Assembly: GCA_965203445.1 (NCBI GenBank)
Contig: OZ241883.1
Coordinates: 1,440,001 to 1,504,000 of the forward strand
Length of the DNA stretch: 64,000 bases
Direction of reading: 5' to 3'
Source of the DNA: Candidatus Oxydemutator sp.
Lineage (GTDB): Bacteria; Pseudomonadota; Gammaproteobacteria; Poriferisulfidales; Oxydemutatoraceae
This document shows positions 9,877 through 19,714 of the stretch, piece after piece. Under the pieces are notes generated by a model. That model was not told the origin of the DNA. It saw nothing but the letters and a program-made list of their open reading frames with translations, and did no database searches. The position numbers were made by a program, and so were the translations under genes. Positions within the stretch are counted from its first letter, which is position 1, and every line of letters starts with the position of its first letter.

Positions 9877-9919
9877 TTGCAACGAAGCTTCGGCGACTAC
9901 ACAACCAGACCCCACAAGA

Positions 9920-9950
9920 CCCTCTCCCTTTGGGAGAGGGTGGCCGAAGG
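9920..9950. repeat. REP-like GC hairpin
   Basis: CCCTCTCCC-TTT-GGGAGAGGG followed by TGGCCGAAGG. Confidence 0.5.
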
Positions 9951-10058
9951 CTTGGGCCCAGGAATGTATGGCGACGGCTGCTTGAACAGGCGTTGGGGCG
10001 TGTAGAATGTATCGGCACCGGCTGGCCGCGGGCCAGGTTCCGGCACTTGGATCGGGCG

Positions 10059-11783
10059 ATGGAGACGACCTCAACGCAAATTTCGGGCGCAACGGCAGCC
10101 GTTCGTCGGGCGAACGCCGTGGCCGCGTTGTGCCTGTGCCTCGGCGCCTGCGCCTCGCCGTCGCCGTATTCGGGGGCGTTCGACGCCGCGCCCGGGCCTG
10201 AGACCATAGCCTTGTCCGACGGCGTCTATCAATTTCTGGCCGGCGATCTGTCGTTGCGTTACGGCAACGTCGAGGAGGCGCTCGCGCATTACGGCGAGGC
10301 GTTGGCGCACGGCCCCGACCCGGCGTTGTTTCGGGCCGCGATCTCGATTGCGGTGCAAAACGAGCTCTATCCGCAGGCCGCGCAACTAGCCGAGCGCTGG
10401 CGCCGTCTTGCGCCGGACGATCTCCAGTTGAACAAGACGCTGTTTCTGATCTATCTGAAATTGGAGGACTACGAGGCGGCGCTGTCGTACCTCGAGATCA
10501 TAATCGGCGACGACTGGGCGCCGGCGCCGGACTATTCGTCGCTGTGGCCGCGCAGCATAGGGGCCGAACAGAGTTTGCAGTACGCCGGCGCGTTGCGCGA
10601 CCGGTTCGCACAAAATGCAAAGGCCCATCTGCTCTATGCGCTCGTCGCCTTCCGCTACGGTCGCTATCAGGAAGCGGCCGACTCGGCCGCGCGCGTGTTG
10701 TCGTTGCGGCCGAATTTTTCCGCGGGCCACCTGATCAGGGCCGATGCCCTGTTCCAGCTTGGTCACGCGCGAGAGGCGCTGCTTTTGTTGCGCCGCCAGG
10801 CCGAGCGGCACCCGCGCGACCGTGCCTTATTGCTGAAAACGGCCGCCGCCCACTGGCGCCACGACCAGGAGCACGTCGCCTACGAGTTGTATCAAAAAGC
10901 GCATCGGTTGTATCCGGACGACCCTGAGGTGCTCCAGGCGTTAGGCGTGCTGCGGTTGCACCGAGGCGAGCATCACCAGGCGCGCGATTTGTTCAAGAAG
11001 CTTGGGACGCTCGAGGCGGAGCGCAATCGTTCTGCGTATTACCTGGGGCGCGTGGCCGAGGATGAGGGCGACCTGCCGTCGGCGCTCGAACGCTACCGCG
11101 CCGTGACCTCGGGGCCTTTCTACAACGAGGCGCGCATCGGGCAGGCGCGCGTACACCAGCGGCGCGGGCGCGCCGATCTGGCGCGCGCGCAGCTGGCGAC
11201 GGCGCGCCAGCGCGCGCAAGATCCGCAGGCGCGCATCGCGCTGTTCATCGCCGAAGCCGAAATGCTGGCCGAGGCGCAGGACAAAGAAGCGGCGTTCGGC
11301 GTCTATACGCGCGCCCTGGCCGAATACGCGAACTCGCCGAACCTGCTGTATTCGCGCGCGATGCTGGCACTTTCGATGGATCGCTTCGGGGTCTTCGAGA
11401 GCGACCTGAAGAGCATCATCGAGCGCGACCCGGTCAACTGGCGCGCGCTCAACGCTCTCGGCTACGTGCTGGCCGACCGCAACGAGCGCCTGCACGAGGC
11501 GCGCGACTACATCCGGCGCGCGCTCGCGCTGCAACCGGAAAGCGCGGTGATACTCGACAGCATGGGCTGGGTCGAGTTTCGTCTGAACAACCTGGCGGGC
11601 GCCAGGGACTTCCTGCAAAGGGCCGCGGACAAGACGCGCCACCCCGAGGTCATGGGGCACCTGGTCGAGGTGTTGTGGGTGCAGGGAGAACGGGCGCGCG
11701 CGCTCGAAATGTTGGAGCAGGCGTCGCGCGAGTTTCCGGACGACGAATATCTGGCGCGCCTGCGCCGGATGCACGCGCGGTAG
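10059..11783 (+). CDS. TPR-repeat lipoprotein (conserved upstream of lolB)
   Basis: Lipobox LGAC, TPR repeats, ALNALGYVLAD, ILDSMGWV; start uncertain. Confidence 0.85.
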   Translation: METTSTQISGATAAVRRANAVAALCLCLGACASPSPYSGAFDAAPGPETIALSDGVYQFLAGDLSLRYGNVEEALAHYGEALAHGPDPALFRAAISIAVQNELYPQAAQLAERWRRLAPDDLQLNKTLFLIYLKLEDYEAALSYLEIIIGDDWAPAPDYSSLWPRSIGAEQSLQYAGALRDRFAQNAKAHLLYALVAFRYGRYQEAADSAARVLSLRPNFSAGHLIRADALFQLGHAREALLLLRRQAERHPRDRALLLKTAAAHWRHDQEHVAYELYQKAHRLYPDDPEVLQALGVLRLHRGEHHQARDLFKKLGTLEAERNRSAYYLGRVAEDEGDLPSALERYRAVTSGPFYNEARIGQARVHQRRGRADLARAQLATARQRAQDPQARIALFIAEAEMLAEAQDKEAAFGVYTRALAEYANSPNLLYSRAMLALSMDRFGVFESDLKSIIERDPVNWRALNALGYVLADRNERLHEARDYIRRALALQPESAVILDSMGWVEFRLNNLAGARDFLQRAADKTRHPEVMGHLVEVLWVQGERARALEMLEQASREFPDDEYLARLRRMHAR

Positions 11784-11790
11784 GGCGGCG

Positions 11791-12453
11791 GTGCGCGGAC
11801 GACGACGACGGGCCGCGCTCAGGTGCTGCCTCCTGGGCGCGGCGCTGGCGTGCGCCGCTTGTGCGCCGAGGCAGCAACCCGACGCGGCCGCGCCCGTGCC
11901 CACGGCCACGGCCGAACTGCTGACGGCGCAACGTGCGCGCGTAGAAAGCCTGCGGTCGTGGAGGGTGCGCGGCGACATCTCGATGCGCGGCGGCGCTTCG
12001 ACGCGTGGCTGGCGCGGGCGATTTTATTGGGAACAGGCGGGGCGGCGTTTCAAGATGCGCTTGTCGAGCATGATCGGCGGCACGCTGATGATGATCAGCG
12101 GCGAGTTCGGCGGCGAGGTGAGCGCGATAGCGGCCAACGGCGACCGCCGGCGCGCCGACACGCCGGAACAACTGGTGCGCGAGATGTTGGGCGTGAAAGT
12201 TCCGGTTACGAATCTGCGCTTCTGGATTGCCGGCGCGCCGGCCTACGGCGCGCGCGCCCACGACGCGCGCGCCCACGGGGATCGGTTGCGCTCGTTCGCG
12301 CAATCCGGCTGGCGCGTGCGCTACGCGGCGTGGCACTCTCCGCATCAGCTCCCCGAACGCATCGTATTGTCGAACGAGCGCGCGGACGACGGCACCTCGA
12401 TTGCGATCTCGATTCGCTCGTGGGAGGACGTGACCTGGATCGCGCCCCGGTGA
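11791..12453 (+). CDS. lolB: Outer membrane lipoprotein receptor LolB
   Basis: Lipobox, WRVRGDI, FYWEQ, PVTNLRFWIAG, QSGWRVRY; synteny before ispE. Confidence 0.85.
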   Translation: MRGRRRRAALRCCLLGAALACAACAPRQQPDAAAPVPTATAELLTAQRARVESLRSWRVRGDISMRGGASTRGWRGRFYWEQAGRRFKMRLSSMIGGTLMMISGEFGGEVSAIAANGDRRRADTPEQLVREMLGVKVPVTNLRFWIAGAPAYGARAHDARAHGDRLRSFAQSGWRVRYAAWHSPHQLPERIVLSNERADDGTSIAISIRSWEDVTWIAPR

Positions 12454-12505
12454 ATGTGCACTGATGAAAGCGCCTCGATAAATGTGCCCTGCTGAAGGCG
12501 CTCTG

Positions 12506-13387
12506 GTGAAGGCGTCGCCGTCCGCCGCGAGCGTCTGGCCCGCGCCCGCCAAGCTGAATCTTTTCCTGCACGTCACCGGACGCCGCGCCGACGGGCGCCA
12601 CGACTTGCAGACGCTGTTTCAACTGCTCGATTATTGCGACGAAATCACGATAGCCGCGCGTGCGCGCGGCGGCGTGCACGTCGAATGCGACGCCGATATT
12701 CCGCCCGCCGACAACCTCGCGCGCCGCGCCGCGCTGCTGCTGAAGGACGCGACCGGCACGTCGCGCGGCGCCTTTGTTACGGTCGCAAAGCGCATACCGC
12801 AAGGCGCCGGTCTCGGCGGCGGCAGTTCGGATGCGGCGACGGTGCTGCTCGCGTTGAACCGGCTTTGGGAATGCGGGCTTGAGCGCCGCGATCTGGCGCG
12901 TCTCGGCGCGCGTCTCGGCGCCGACGTGCCGGTCTTCGTCGGCGGGCGCAGCGCCTGGGCCGAAGGCACCGGCGAGCGGCTGTCGCCGATGGAACCGCCG
13001 CCGCGATGGTACGCGGTGTTCGTTCCCGCCGTCGTGGTCTCGACCCGCGAGATGTTCCAGGCGCCCGACCTGCGCCGCGACTATCCGAGCGTGACGCTTG
13101 CGGACTACCGCGCCGGCGCCACCGTCAACGTCTTCGAGGAACTTGCGGCGGCGCGCCATCCCGAGATTGCGCGCGGCCTGGACTGGCTGAGCGGCCACGC
13201 ACCGGCGCGGTTGACCGGCACCGGCGCCGCTTTCTACGCCGCTTTCGAGCGCGAAGAGCAGGCCGGCGCAGTCCTCGCGCGCAGGCCCGCCGGACTTGGC
13301 GGCTTCATCGCGCGCGGCGTCGCCGAATCGCCGCTGCACCGCAGATTGGGCGAAAGATTGGGCGAAATCGGGGCCGACGGGCTATAA
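12506..13387 (+). CDS. ispE: 4-diphosphocytidyl-2-C-methyl-D-erythritol kinase
   Basis: PAPAKLNLFLHV, KRIPQGAGLGGGSSDAA, LGADVP. Confidence 0.95.
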   Translation: MKASPSAASVWPAPAKLNLFLHVTGRRADGRHDLQTLFQLLDYCDEITIAARARGGVHVECDADIPPADNLARRAALLLKDATGTSRGAFVTVAKRIPQGAGLGGGSSDAATVLLALNRLWECGLERRDLARLGARLGADVPVFVGGRSAWAEGTGERLSPMEPPPRWYAVFVPAVVVSTREMFQAPDLRRDYPSVTLADYRAGATVNVFEELAAARHPEIARGLDWLSGHAPARLTGTGAAFYAAFEREEQAGAVLARRPAGLGGFIARGVAESPLHRRLGERLGEIGADGL

Positions 13388-13398
13388 TTGGCACGGGT

Positions 13399-13473
13399 TG
13401 GGCCGTCGCCAAGTGGTAAGGCACCGGGTTTTGATCCCGGCATTCGCAGGTTCGAATCCTGCCGGCCCAGCCA
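13399..13473 (+). tRNA. tRNA-Gln(TTG)
   Basis: Cloverleaf TGGGCCG...CGGCCCA-GCCA; anticodon loop TT-TTG-AT; TATAAT at 13383. Confidence 0.96.
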
Positions 13474-13494
13474 CTTTCTACTCCGCGCACGTCT

Positions 13495-14457
13495 ATGGAT
13501 TCTCACGCAGCGACGATGTCGGTTTTCTCCGGCGGCGCCAATCGCGCGCTGGCCGAGAAAATCGCGGGCGCCATCGGCCTGGCGCTCGGGCGCGCCACCG
13601 TCGGACGTTTCAGCGACGGCGAGGTGCAGGTCGAGATCCACGACAACGTGCGCGGGCGCGACGTGTTCATCGTGCAGCCGACGTGCGCGCCGACCAACGA
13701 CCACCTGGTGGAATTGCTGATCATGATAGACGCGCTGCATCGGGCGTCGGCGGGGCGCATCACCGCGGTCATTCCGTATTTCGGCTACGGGCGCCAGGAC
13801 CGGCGCGCGCACTACATGCGGGTGCCGATCTCGGCCAAGGTCATCGCCAACGTCATCAGCAGCGTGCAGGCCAACCGCGTGCTGATAGTGGATCTGCACT
13901 CCGACCAGGTGCAGGGGTTTTTCGATCTGCCGGTGGACAACGTCTATGCGTCGCCGGTGCTGCTCGAGGACATCCGCGCGCGCAACCACGACGACATGAT
14001 CATCGTCTCGCCCGACGTCGGCGGCGTGGTGCGCGCGCGCGCGCTGGCCAAGCGTCTCGACGACGCCGGCCTTGCGATCATAGACAAGCGGCGCCCGCGG
14101 CCGAACCAGAGCGAGGTCATGAACATCATCGGCGACGTCGCCGGCAAGTCGTGCGTGATCATTGACGACATCGTGGATACCGCCGGCACTCTGTGCGAGG
14201 CCGCGGCCGCGCTGAAAGAGCAGGGCGCGGTCAAGGTGCTGGCCTACGCGACCCACCCGGTGCTTTCGGGCGGCGCCGTCGCGCGCATCGCCGCCTCGGC
14301 GCTCGACGAACTGGTCGTCACCGACACGATTCCGCTGTCGCCGGACGCGGCCCAATGTGCGCGCATCCGCCAGATCAGCATTTCCTCGATGCTGGCGCAG
14401 GCGATACAGCGCATCAACCGCGAGCAATCCATCAGCAGCCTGTTCATGGATCTGTAG
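13495..14457 (+). CDS. prs: Ribose-phosphate pyrophosphokinase
   Basis: [41 protein letters not shown]. Confidence 0.97.
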   Translation: MDSHAATMSVFSGGANRALAEKIAGAIGLALGRATVGRFSDGEVQVEIHDNVRGRDVFIVQPTCAPTNDHLVELLIMIDALHRASAGRITAVIPYFGYGRQDRRAHYMRVPISAKVIANVISSVQANRVLIVDLHSDQVQGFFDLPVDNVYASPVLLEDIRARNHDDMIIVSPDVGGVVRARALAKRLDDAGLAIIDKRRPRPNQSEVMNIIGDVAGKSCVIIDDIVDTAGTLCEAAAALKEQGAVKVLAYATHPVLSGGAVARIAASALDELVVTDTIPLSPDAAQCARIRQISISSMLAQAIQRINREQSISSLFMDL

Positions 14458-14568
14458 AGCGGCGGCGTTTGCCGGCGCAGCGGCCTGACAGCGGCGCGCG
14501 GATGGAGTATCATGCGCCGCCGCCCCACTTGGGGAACAAGAGGACGCGGGAACGACGGGGACAAAGAC

Positions 14569-15234
14569 ATGCAAAAAGAATTTGAAATCAGCGCGCGGCC
14601 GCGCGACGACGTGGGCAAGGCCGTAAGCCGCCGTATGCGCGGCGCCGGTCTGGTGCCGGCGGTGGTGTACGGCGGCAAGGGCGAGGCCGTGTCGCTTGCG
14701 CTCAAGCACAGCGAACTGGTGCAGCACCTGGAGCACGAGGCGTTTTATTCGCATATCCTGACGCTCAAGGTCGGTGCCAGGCAGGAGAAGGTCATCCTGC
14801 GCGACCTGCAACGCCACCCGAGCGAACCGCGCGTGCTGCACGTGGACTTCATGCGCGTTACCACCGACCAGCGCATCACGATGAACGTGCCGCTGCATTT
14901 CATCAACGAGGACGCCTGCATCGGCGTCAAGCAGCAGGGCGGTATCGTAAGCCACCTGCAAACCGAGGCCGAAGTCTCGTGCCTGCCGCAGGACCTGCCC
15001 GAGTACATCGCGGTCGACATCGAGAAACTGGAACTCGGCCACTCGTTGCACCTGTCCGACGTAACGCTGCCCGAGGGCGTGACCCTGGTCGCGCTGACGC
15101 ACGGCGAGGAAGCCGACCACGCGATAGTGTCGGTCATCAAACCGCGCGTCGCCGCGATGGAGGAAGAGGAAGCCGCGGCCGAGGGGCAGGCCGAGGAAGG
15201 CGCCGCGGAGGAGAAGGAGGGCGACGACAAGTAA
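14569..15234 (+). CDS. rplY: 50S ribosomal protein L25/Ctc
   Basis: GKAVSRRMR, VPAVVYG, LHVDFMRV, acidic tail. Confidence 0.95.
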   Translation: MQKEFEISARPRDDVGKAVSRRMRGAGLVPAVVYGGKGEAVSLALKHSELVQHLEHEAFYSHILTLKVGARQEKVILRDLQRHPSEPRVLHVDFMRVTTDQRITMNVPLHFINEDACIGVKQQGGIVSHLQTEAEVSCLPQDLPEYIAVDIEKLELGHSLHLSDVTLPEGVTLVALTHGEEADHAIVSVIKPRVAAMEEEEAAAEGQAEEGAAEEKEGDDK

Positions 15235-15250
15235 CGGAGGTTTTTCTCGA

Positions 15251-15508
15251 ATGGATCCAAAACAAGAAATTGTAGACAAAAACTATGCCGCTTTCCGCAA
15301 GGCATTGCCCGGGATTATGCAGCAGCAGGCCGGCCGCTTTGCGCTGATGCGGCACGCCGAGATCGTTGATTTTTTCGATACCGCGGCCGATGCGGTCACG
15401 ACCGGAAAACATCTTTACAAAGACGGCGAATTTTCGATCCAGAAAGTAACGCAAACGCCCATCAATCTTGGGCGCTTCTCGTATGCCGGGTATTGGGGAG
15501 TTCGATAA
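15251..15508 (+). CDS. Small hypothetical protein (DUF5678-like)
   Basis: GGAGG RBS; GRFALMRHAEIVDFFDT...FSIQKVT pattern. Confidence 0.55.
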   Translation: MDPKQEIVDKNYAAFRKALPGIMQQQAGRFALMRHAEIVDFFDTAADAVTTGKHLYKDGEFSIQKVTQTPINLGRFSYAGYWGVR

Positions 15509-15612
15509 TAAAGGCGGAAATTGTTGATTGGATGGGGCTGGGGCGCAAGTGACGTCGAGTTCTCTGCAATAATGTGATATGACATTTTGTTAATTAAAAG
15601 TAAAAGTTTTTG

Positions 15613-16098
15613 ATGCTGCCGCCGAATCCCAATACGAGAGATTTTAGTTGGGACGTTTCTGAAGTTGCTTCTGCACTAAAGATTTCAAAGAAAGATGTTC
15701 TGACCTATTTTACTGACGGCAGGAGGGTTTCGTTTCTTCTCGAACGCAGAATCGCGTACGAGGTTTTTAAGGGTACTGTGGCTGCCAGTGAGGGAGCCGG
15801 CTATGACGTGCTTGACCAAGATAATCGGAAGTGGGAAGTCCGAAGCATATCTGCTAAAGGGGTGTATTTTTGCCCTAGCTATATGGTAGGTTCGGGTAGG
15901 CGATTTAATGAACAAGGGTTTTTAGAGAAACTGGATCAAATAGCCGGCTATGCACTATCTGATATTTCTAAGTTTCCTACTATTCCTTATTGGATTGTTC
16001 CTACGAAAATTGTGTCAAATTGGTGGGGGGAGGGGCGGTTGGGCAAAACGACCAAAATCACTCGAGACAAAGCAATGGAATTATTGAGGGAATTATAG
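15613..16098 (+). CDS. Putative type II restriction endonuclease (PD-(D/E)xK-like)
   Basis: AT-rich; GYDVLDQDNRKWEVRS motif; directly upstream of a methyltransferase. Confidence 0.6.
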   Translation: MLPPNPNTRDFSWDVSEVASALKISKKDVLTYFTDGRRVSFLLERRIAYEVFKGTVAASEGAGYDVLDQDNRKWEVRSISAKGVYFCPSYMVGSGRRFNEQGFLEKLDQIAGYALSDISKFPTIPYWIVPTKIVSNWWGEGRLGKTTKITRDKAMELLREL

Positions 16099-16106
16099 AG
16101 GGATTT

Positions 16107-17384
16107 ATGCTGGATCCTCAGTCTTCACTTTTATCAGATAACTTGACAGCTGCTCGCAAGCTGACCAGCGAAGAGTTTCAATCCGCATTATGTGGATTTA
16201 ACGAGTTCGACAAAGAAACCTCCGTCCAATCTTTCTCTGGTTTTGATGACGGACTCCCGGTGTTCGTCAACGAGTTCTGGACTGCGAAGCAGAGGGCGGC
16301 TTGTGCGCTGCATGAGATTTCTTATCGGGCCTGCTTCAAGCCCCAGTTGCCCCGCTTTTTCATCCGGCGTCTGACCGATCCCGGGGAGGTCGTTTATGAC
16401 CCGTTCATGGGGCGCGGCACCACCGTGATCGAGGCCGCGCTGCTCGGCAGAAAGCTGGTCGGTTGCGACGTCAATCCGCTGAGCCGCATTCTGGTCAAGC
16501 CGCGCCTTTCGCCTCCGGATATGCACCGGATCGAGCGTCGCCTGGCGATGCTCGACCTGGGGCGCGCTCCCGGCGAGATGCGCGACGACCTCCTGGTTTT
16601 TTACCACCCGAAAACGCTGCGCCAGATTGTAAATCTGCGGAACTATCTGCTGGACAAAGAGGCCGCTGGAAAACTCGACGAAGTGGACGACTGGATCAGG
16701 ATGATTGCGACGAACAGACTGACGGGACATTCGCCGGGTTTCTTTTCGGTGTACACTTTGCCGCCCAACCAGGCTTTGTCCGTAGAATCGCAACGCAAGA
16801 TCAACGAGAGGCGCAACCAGACTCCGCCTGAAAGAGACGTGGTTGCCATTGTCCTGAAAAAAAGCAGGTCTCTTCTGGTCGGGGTTGATTCCGCCTGTAT
16901 CGGGCGGCTTGAGGAAATTTCTTCCGGCGTTCAGCTTTTGACGGGGAGCGCCGATGCCACTCCCGAAATACCGCATTCAAGCGTCAGTCTGGTCGTGACT
17001 TCTCCCCCTTTTCTCGACGTGGTCAATTACTCGAAGGATAATTGGCTTAGATGCTGGTTCAACGGTATTGATGCCGCGGCTATTCCGATATGGCAGTTCA
17101 AGAAGGCCGAGGATTGGCAAAAGGCGATGAACAAGGTCTTTGTCGAGATGCACCGGATATTGGCGCCCGGCGGCTTCGTCGCGTTTGAAGTCGGCGAGGT
17201 GCGCGGGGGGACGTTACCGATGGAAACCCTGGTTGTTCCGGCGGCCGCGGCGGCGGGCTTGCACCCGGTTTTGATCATGATCAACGATCAGCAATTTACG
17301 AAGACGGCAAATTGCTGGGGTGTTTCCAATTTGCGCAAGGGAACAAACACCAACCGCATTGTCCTGCTTCAGAAAAGGGATTAG
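16107..17384 (+). CDS. DNA methyltransferase, probable N4-cytosine
   Basis: Motif I YDPFMGRGTT followed by motif IV VTSPPF. Confidence 0.85.
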   Translation: MLDPQSSLLSDNLTAARKLTSEEFQSALCGFNEFDKETSVQSFSGFDDGLPVFVNEFWTAKQRAACALHEISYRACFKPQLPRFFIRRLTDPGEVVYDPFMGRGTTVIEAALLGRKLVGCDVNPLSRILVKPRLSPPDMHRIERRLAMLDLGRAPGEMRDDLLVFYHPKTLRQIVNLRNYLLDKEAAGKLDEVDDWIRMIATNRLTGHSPGFFSVYTLPPNQALSVESQRKINERRNQTPPERDVVAIVLKKSRSLLVGVDSACIGRLEEISSGVQLLTGSADATPEIPHSSVSLVVTSPPFLDVVNYSKDNWLRCWFNGIDAAAIPIWQFKKAEDWQKAMNKVFVEMHRILAPGGFVAFEVGEVRGGTLPMETLVVPAAAAAGLHPVLIMINDQQFTKTANCWGVSNLRKGTNTNRIVLLQKRD

Positions 17385-17436
17385 ATTTTCGCGCCCAGTT
17401 TCCCGACGATGATAGATCCATGCAGGGGAGAGCACG

Positions 17437-18018
17437 ATGACTGAAACCGCCGGCATCCGCCTCGTCGTCGGCTTGGGCAACCCCGGCGACGAGTACGCCG
17501 GCAACCGCCACAACGCCGGCGCGTGGTTTGCCGACCGTCTCGCGCGCCGGCACGGGGGCGTTTTCAAAAGCCGCGGCAAATTGCTCGGTTCCAGCTGCCG
17601 CATCGAGGCGGGTTCGCGCGCGCTGTGGTTGTTCAAGCCCTCCACTTTTATGAACGACAGCGGGCGTGCGTTGCGGGCGTTCGCCGATTTTTACAAGATC
17701 GAGACGCGCAATATGCTGGTCGCGCACGACGAGATTGATTTTGAGGTCGCTAAGACGCGCCTCAAACGCGGCGGCGGCCACGGCAGGCACAACGGCCTTG
17801 TGGACGTCATTCGCCACCTCGACGCCGATTTCTGGCGTTTGCGCGTAGGCGTCGGCCACCCGGGCGACCGCGACAAGGTGGTGCGCCACGTGCTGAGCGA
17901 CCCGGGCGGAGACGACACCGCCGCGATCATGGCCGCCATCGAGCGCGCCTGCGACGTGGTCGAGCGCTTGGCGGAAGGCGACTTCGACGCCGCGATGACC
18001 GCGCTGCATACCGACTGA
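17437..18018 (+). CDS. pth: Peptidyl-tRNA hydrolase
   Basis: VVGLGNPG, RHNAG, KPSTFMNDSG, HNGL, RLRVGVGHP. Confidence 0.96.
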   Translation: MTETAGIRLVVGLGNPGDEYAGNRHNAGAWFADRLARRHGGVFKSRGKLLGSSCRIEAGSRALWLFKPSTFMNDSGRALRAFADFYKIETRNMLVAHDEIDFEVAKTRLKRGGGHGRHNGLVDVIRHLDADFWRLRVGVGHPGDRDKVVRHVLSDPGGDDTAAIMAAIERACDVVERLAEGDFDAAMTALHTD

Positions 18019-18029
18019 GGAGACGGCGC

Positions 18030-19121
18030 GTGGGCTTCAAGTGCGGCATAGTCGGCCTGCCGAACGTCGGCAAATCCACGTTGTTCAACGCGGTGACCCG
18101 CGCCGGCGTCGCGGCGGAAAATTATCCGTTCTGCACGATTGAACCGAACGTCGGCATCGTCGCGGTGCCCGATTCGCGCCTCGACAAGTTGGCGGCGCTC
18201 GCGCGTTCGGCGCGCAGCGTGCCGACGGTGCTCGAGTTTGTGGACATCGCCGGCCTGGTCGAGGGCGCGGCGCAGGGCGAGGGGCTGGGCAACCGCTTTT
18301 TGTCGCATATCCGCGAGACCGACGCCATCGCCCAGGTGGTGCGCTGCTTCGACGACGACGAGGTCGCGCACGTCGCGGGCCGCGTCAATCCATTGTCCGA
18401 TCTGGAGACGATCAACACCGAACTGCTGCTGGCCGACCTCGAGGTCGTCGAGCGCGCCGTGGCGCGCGCCGACAAGAGCGCCAAGGCCGGCGGCAAGGAA
18501 ATGCTTGCGAGAAAGGCCGCGCTCGAACGCCTGCACAGGCAGCTCGCCGCCGGCGACGACCTGCGCAACCTCGACGCGGACGAGAAAGAGCGCGCGCTGA
18601 TGCGCGAGTTGAACCTGGTGACCGCCAAACCGATGCTGCTGGTCGCAAACGTCGGCGAGGCCGACATCAAGGACAATCCGCACCGTTTTGCCGTCGAGGA
18701 CTACGCCGCGCGTCACGGGTTCGGCGTGGTCGAGGTGTGCGCCCAATTCGAGGCCGAGCTGGCCGGCCTGCCCGCGGACGAACGCGGCGAGTTTTTGCGG
18801 GACGCGGGGTTGGCCGAGGCCGGCCTTGACCGCGTAACGCGCGCCGGCTACCGACTGCTCGACCTGTTGACGTTTTTCACCGCCGGCGAGAAAGAGGCGC
18901 GCGCGTGGACCGTCGCGCGCGGCGCGCTGGCACCGCAGGCTGCCGGGCGGATACACGGCGACTTCGAGAAGGGCTTTGTCCGTGCCGAGATCATCGCCTA
19001 CGAAGACTACGTCGCCTGCGGCGGCGAACAACAAGCCAGAGACGCCGGCAAATGGCGCCTCGAAGGCAAGGACTACGCAATCCAGGAAGGCGACGTCGCC
19101 CACTTCCGCTTCAACGTTTGA
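18030..19121 (+). CDS. ychF: Redox-regulated ATPase YchF
   Basis: GIVGLPNVGKSTLFN, NYPFCTIEPN, DIAGLV, GLGNRFL. Confidence 0.97.
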   Translation: MGFKCGIVGLPNVGKSTLFNAVTRAGVAAENYPFCTIEPNVGIVAVPDSRLDKLAALARSARSVPTVLEFVDIAGLVEGAAQGEGLGNRFLSHIRETDAIAQVVRCFDDDEVAHVAGRVNPLSDLETINTELLLADLEVVERAVARADKSAKAGGKEMLARKAALERLHRQLAAGDDLRNLDADEKERALMRELNLVTAKPMLLVANVGEADIKDNPHRFAVEDYAARHGFGVVEVCAQFEAELAGLPADERGEFLRDAGLAEAGLDRVTRAGYRLLDLLTFFTAGEKEARAWTVARGALAPQAAGRIHGDFEKGFVRAEIIAYEDYVACGGEQQARDAGKWRLEGKDYAIQEGDVAHFRFNV

Positions 19122-19318
19122 GTGGGCGGGGCGTCAGGAAGTGCGCTCCACGTGGTTTTCCGCAAGCGGCTTGGGGAGAAGCCGTGCGGCCTTAAGCCTT
19201 TACTACTTAAGGGCCTATAGTGATCTCCCTTGAGTGATTTTCCTTGAGGAAGCCGCTGTAGTAGAATGCTTGAGCAACAAGCGGCCATTTTCTGCATGGC
19301 CGACTGCGAGGGATAAAA

Positions 19319-19516
19319 ATGGCAAAAGTGGATAAAAAATATAAACATCGTGCGATAGGCAAAGTCGTCAGAGAAGGCATGCCCACGATGTACGTTACCC
19401 ATACTGGCGGCTGGTTCGCCGACGTTGACGAGTTGCTGCGCGATGAGAAAGTACAGCGGTTGTTCAAAGAAGCCGCCTCTCTGGTTCTGCATGAGAAAGA
19501 AAGAGATTCTTCTTAA
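19319..19516 (+). CDS. Small hypothetical protein
   Basis: GAGGG RBS, TAGAAT -10 near 19262; 65 aa. Confidence 0.5.
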   Translation: MAKVDKKYKHRAIGKVVREGMPTMYVTHTGGWFADVDELLRDEKVQRLFKEAASLVLHEKERDSS

Positions 19517-19667
19517 ATCCGCCGATTTGTCCGGCGGGTAATATCGGCAGTATTTTCCCGTGTAGATTGGTGTGTTTATTATCCCTGCCTTTTCAATGTT
19601 TGAGTGGGTTTCGTAGTGGCGACTATGTGTCCTATATATTGTTTCATTTTCTTAAGAACGTAGTTGC

Positions 19668-19685
19668 GGGGGGGGGGGGGGGGGG
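19668..19685. repeat. G18 homopolymer
   Basis: 18 consecutive G about 30 bp before the CRISPR array. Confidence 0.8.
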
Positions 19686-19714
19686 CACTTATTAAACCTG
19701 AAAGGGCTGATGTG

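Noticed and set aside
9507-10058. Long N-terminal extension of the TPR ORF starting inside IS481
   Set aside because: Chance open frame; the lipoprotein signal peptide indicates a start near 10059.
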